Of a stretch of DNA of 23,258 bases, positions 22,321 to 23,258 are shown in pieces (positions within the stretch are counted from its first letter, which is position 1; the number at the start of each line of letters is the position of its first letter). Under the pieces are notes generated by a model that did no database searches, had not been told where the DNA came from, and was given only the letters and a program-made list of their open reading frames with translations. The translations under genes were made by a program, and so were the position numbers. This DNA comes from a virus. The DNA lies in IMG/VR virus record IMGVR_UViG_3300005713_000003, positions 1-23,258 of that record. The stretch is one strand, 5' to 3'.

Positions 22321-22351
22321 CGGGCGACCTGATCGTCGATCAGGTCGCCCG
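22321..22351. terminator. Bidirectional terminator candidate between convergent genes (15-bp perfect palindrome arms)
   Basis: CGGGCGACCTGATCG-T-CGATCAGGTCGCCCG. It sits 9 nt beyond the stop of the minus-strand gene at 22360 and downstream of the + strand spike operon. Confidence 0.7.
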
Positions 22352-22359
22352 GTGTTGCT

Positions 22360-22587
22360 TCATCGCTTCGAGGCCTTGCGTTTCGGATTCGGCTTCGGTG
22401 GCGGCGTTGGGTTGTCAGGGTCAGGGTCGCCCGGTGGAATCAGCCGGTTGCCGACCACCTGGACGTTGCCATCGTCCGGTTCGGGCTCAGCGGACCCGCA
22501 GACTTGCCAGCTATCACCGTTCCAATACCCGACTTCGGGGCGAGCTTTTGGGAAGAGACGGATCCAGTAAAAGCCTGAGTCTCGCAT
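22360..22587 (-). CDS. Hypothetical protein (75 aa) with a Pro/Asp-rich, Lys-rich tail
   Basis: Minus-strand ORF and last gene of a three-gene minus-strand operon. It has a compact Trp/Tyr-rich N-terminal domain (GFYWIRLFPKARPEVGYWNGDSWQVCG). Confidence 0.6.
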   Translation of the reverse strand: MRDSGFYWIRLFPKARPEVGYWNGDSWQVCGSAEPEPDDGNVQVVGNRLIPPGDPDPDNPTPPPKPNPKRKASKR

Positions 22588-22592
22588 CGCGT

Positions 22593-22826
22593 TCAGAACG
22601 GCACGTCATCTTCTGGGGGTGGCTCGGGTGTGTCTTCGCGTTGCTCGTGTATGAACATCACCAGTCGCCCGCTGGGGAGAAAGCGGTTCCAAAGCTCGAT
22701 GCTGAAACCGTCCTTTTCACGCAGCGGAAACGCCGTGCCGATTTGCCAGAAGGTCGTCTTCTCTTCGCCGCTGGACGTTTTGTACTGCCGCGGAACCATC
22801 ACGTTATACCGTTTGCCTGCTGCCAT
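22593..22826 (-). CDS. Small putative ssDNA-binding protein with an SSB-type acidic C-terminal tip (77 aa)
   Basis: The C-terminus ...PEPPPEDDVPF mimics the bacterial SSB tip (E. coli SSB ends DDDIPF). The N-terminal ~60 aa are beta-rich (TTFWQIGTAFPLREKDGFSIELWNRFLPSGRLVMF), compatible with a minimal OB-like or DUF736-like fold. Confidence 0.5.
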   Translation of the reverse strand: MAAGKRYNVMVPRQYKTSSGEEKTTFWQIGTAFPLREKDGFSIELWNRFLPSGRLVMFIHEQREDTPEPPPEDDVPF

Positions 22827-23235
22827 CTTCGATTCTTTCTGTTGTGAGGCGCCGAGCCCGAAGGATCGGCGTGGGAATGTAGGGACCAGCCGCGCCGATG
22901 ATTGGGCGGTTCTCCAGGTGGGCGGTGATCAGCAGTGGTTGAATGGTGAAAAGCCACTCGGACACTTCGAACCGATCGACCTTGCATTGGCCGTTGCAAC
23001 AGCACTCGACGTCGCATGCGTCGTCAATCTTCGTGACTTCGGTGGGGTTGCCGTTGGCGTCCAGCATTACGAGGTGATCGCACCACGACCCGCAATCGGG
23101 GCACATCTGGTGCCCGCATGCATCGCAGCGTGGCGACGGTGGAATGGCGATCGCGCCTTCGAGGTAGGCGTTTTGTTCCGGGTCATCGGTCGCGAGTTGC
23201 TGGCCGTCGTGGAGTGTGATCAGTCGAGTCCGCAT
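22804..23235 (-). CDS. Cys-rich (zinc-binding) protein (143 aa); first gene of the minus-strand operon
   Basis: It contains CDACGHQMCPDCGSWCDH and CDVECCCNGQC clusters. Third-position GC is high. Its start codon lies inside the terminal repeat, and AAGGA would precede it across the circular junction. It overlaps the next gene by 23 nt. Confidence 0.6.
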   Translation of the reverse strand: MRTRLITLHDGQQLATDDPEQNAYLEGAIAIPPSPRCDACGHQMCPDCGSWCDHLVMLDANGNPTEVTKIDDACDVECCCNGQCKVDRFEVSEWLFTIQPLLITAHLENRPIIGAAGPYIPTPILRARRLTTERIEDGSRQTV

Positions 23236-23258
23236 GGTTTGCCGTCCTTTCGAGTGAA
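23229..23258. repeat. Terminal direct repeat, copy 2 (identical to 1..30)
   Basis: Exact 30/30 identity with the first 30 bases of the window. Confidence 0.95.

Noticed and set aside
1-23258. CRISPR arrays, rRNA genes, IS elements or transposases, integrases, toxin-antitoxin pairs
   Set aside because: There are no regularly spaced short repeats, no rRNA-like sequence, no DDE, tyrosine or serine recombinase motifs, and no convincing toxin partner for the weak HicB-like ORF. None is reported.

Overview
The window starts and ends with the same 30-bp sequence (1..30 = 23229..23258). It is therefore most likely one complete, roughly 23.2-kb circular or terminally redundant high-GC replicon (about 65% GC by eye), not a chromosomal fragment. 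Coding is dense and mostly on the + strand, with long runs of genes joined by 4-nt ATGA/GTGA stop-start overlaps.

Recognisable content:
- A pC194/pUB110-type (Rep_1, HUH) rolling-circle replication initiator.
- A small protein ending in an SSB-like acidic tip (EDDVPF).
- A two-TM holin candidate followed by a GH24 lysozyme, forming a lysis cassette.
- A 501-aa protein with two PG_binding_1 repeats.
- A transglutaminase/papain-like Cys-His-Asp protein.
- A GT-A (GT2-like) glycosyltransferase.
- A 733-aa protein resembling a right-handed beta-helix spike or depolymerase.
- At least 10 small predicted membrane proteins and many small Cys-rich (zinc-ribbon-like) proteins.

By eye I find no terminase, portal, HK97-like capsid, tail genes, P-loop packaging ATPase or integrase. 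My main hypothesis is a previously undescribed tailless, membrane-containing phage or phage-plasmid that replicates by a rolling circle. Its capsid candidates are beta-rich proteins of 276 aa and 216 aa. This is inference and needs profile and structure searches.

Other observations:
- A perfect 25-bp direct repeat brackets a lower-GC zinc-ribbon gene cassette.
- Tandem paralogous Cys-rich genes lie divergent from rep.
- A tRNA 3'-half-like sequence is present although no integrase is.
- A 15-bp G/C-tract inverted repeat with G-quadruplex potential lies upstream of the structural operon.
- G9 and T9 homopolymers lie in and next to the lysis cassette.
- A roughly 900-bp mostly non-coding region contains a 13-bp inverted repeat.

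The long Arg-rich antisense ORFs in the six-frame track are treated as high-GC shadow ORFs.
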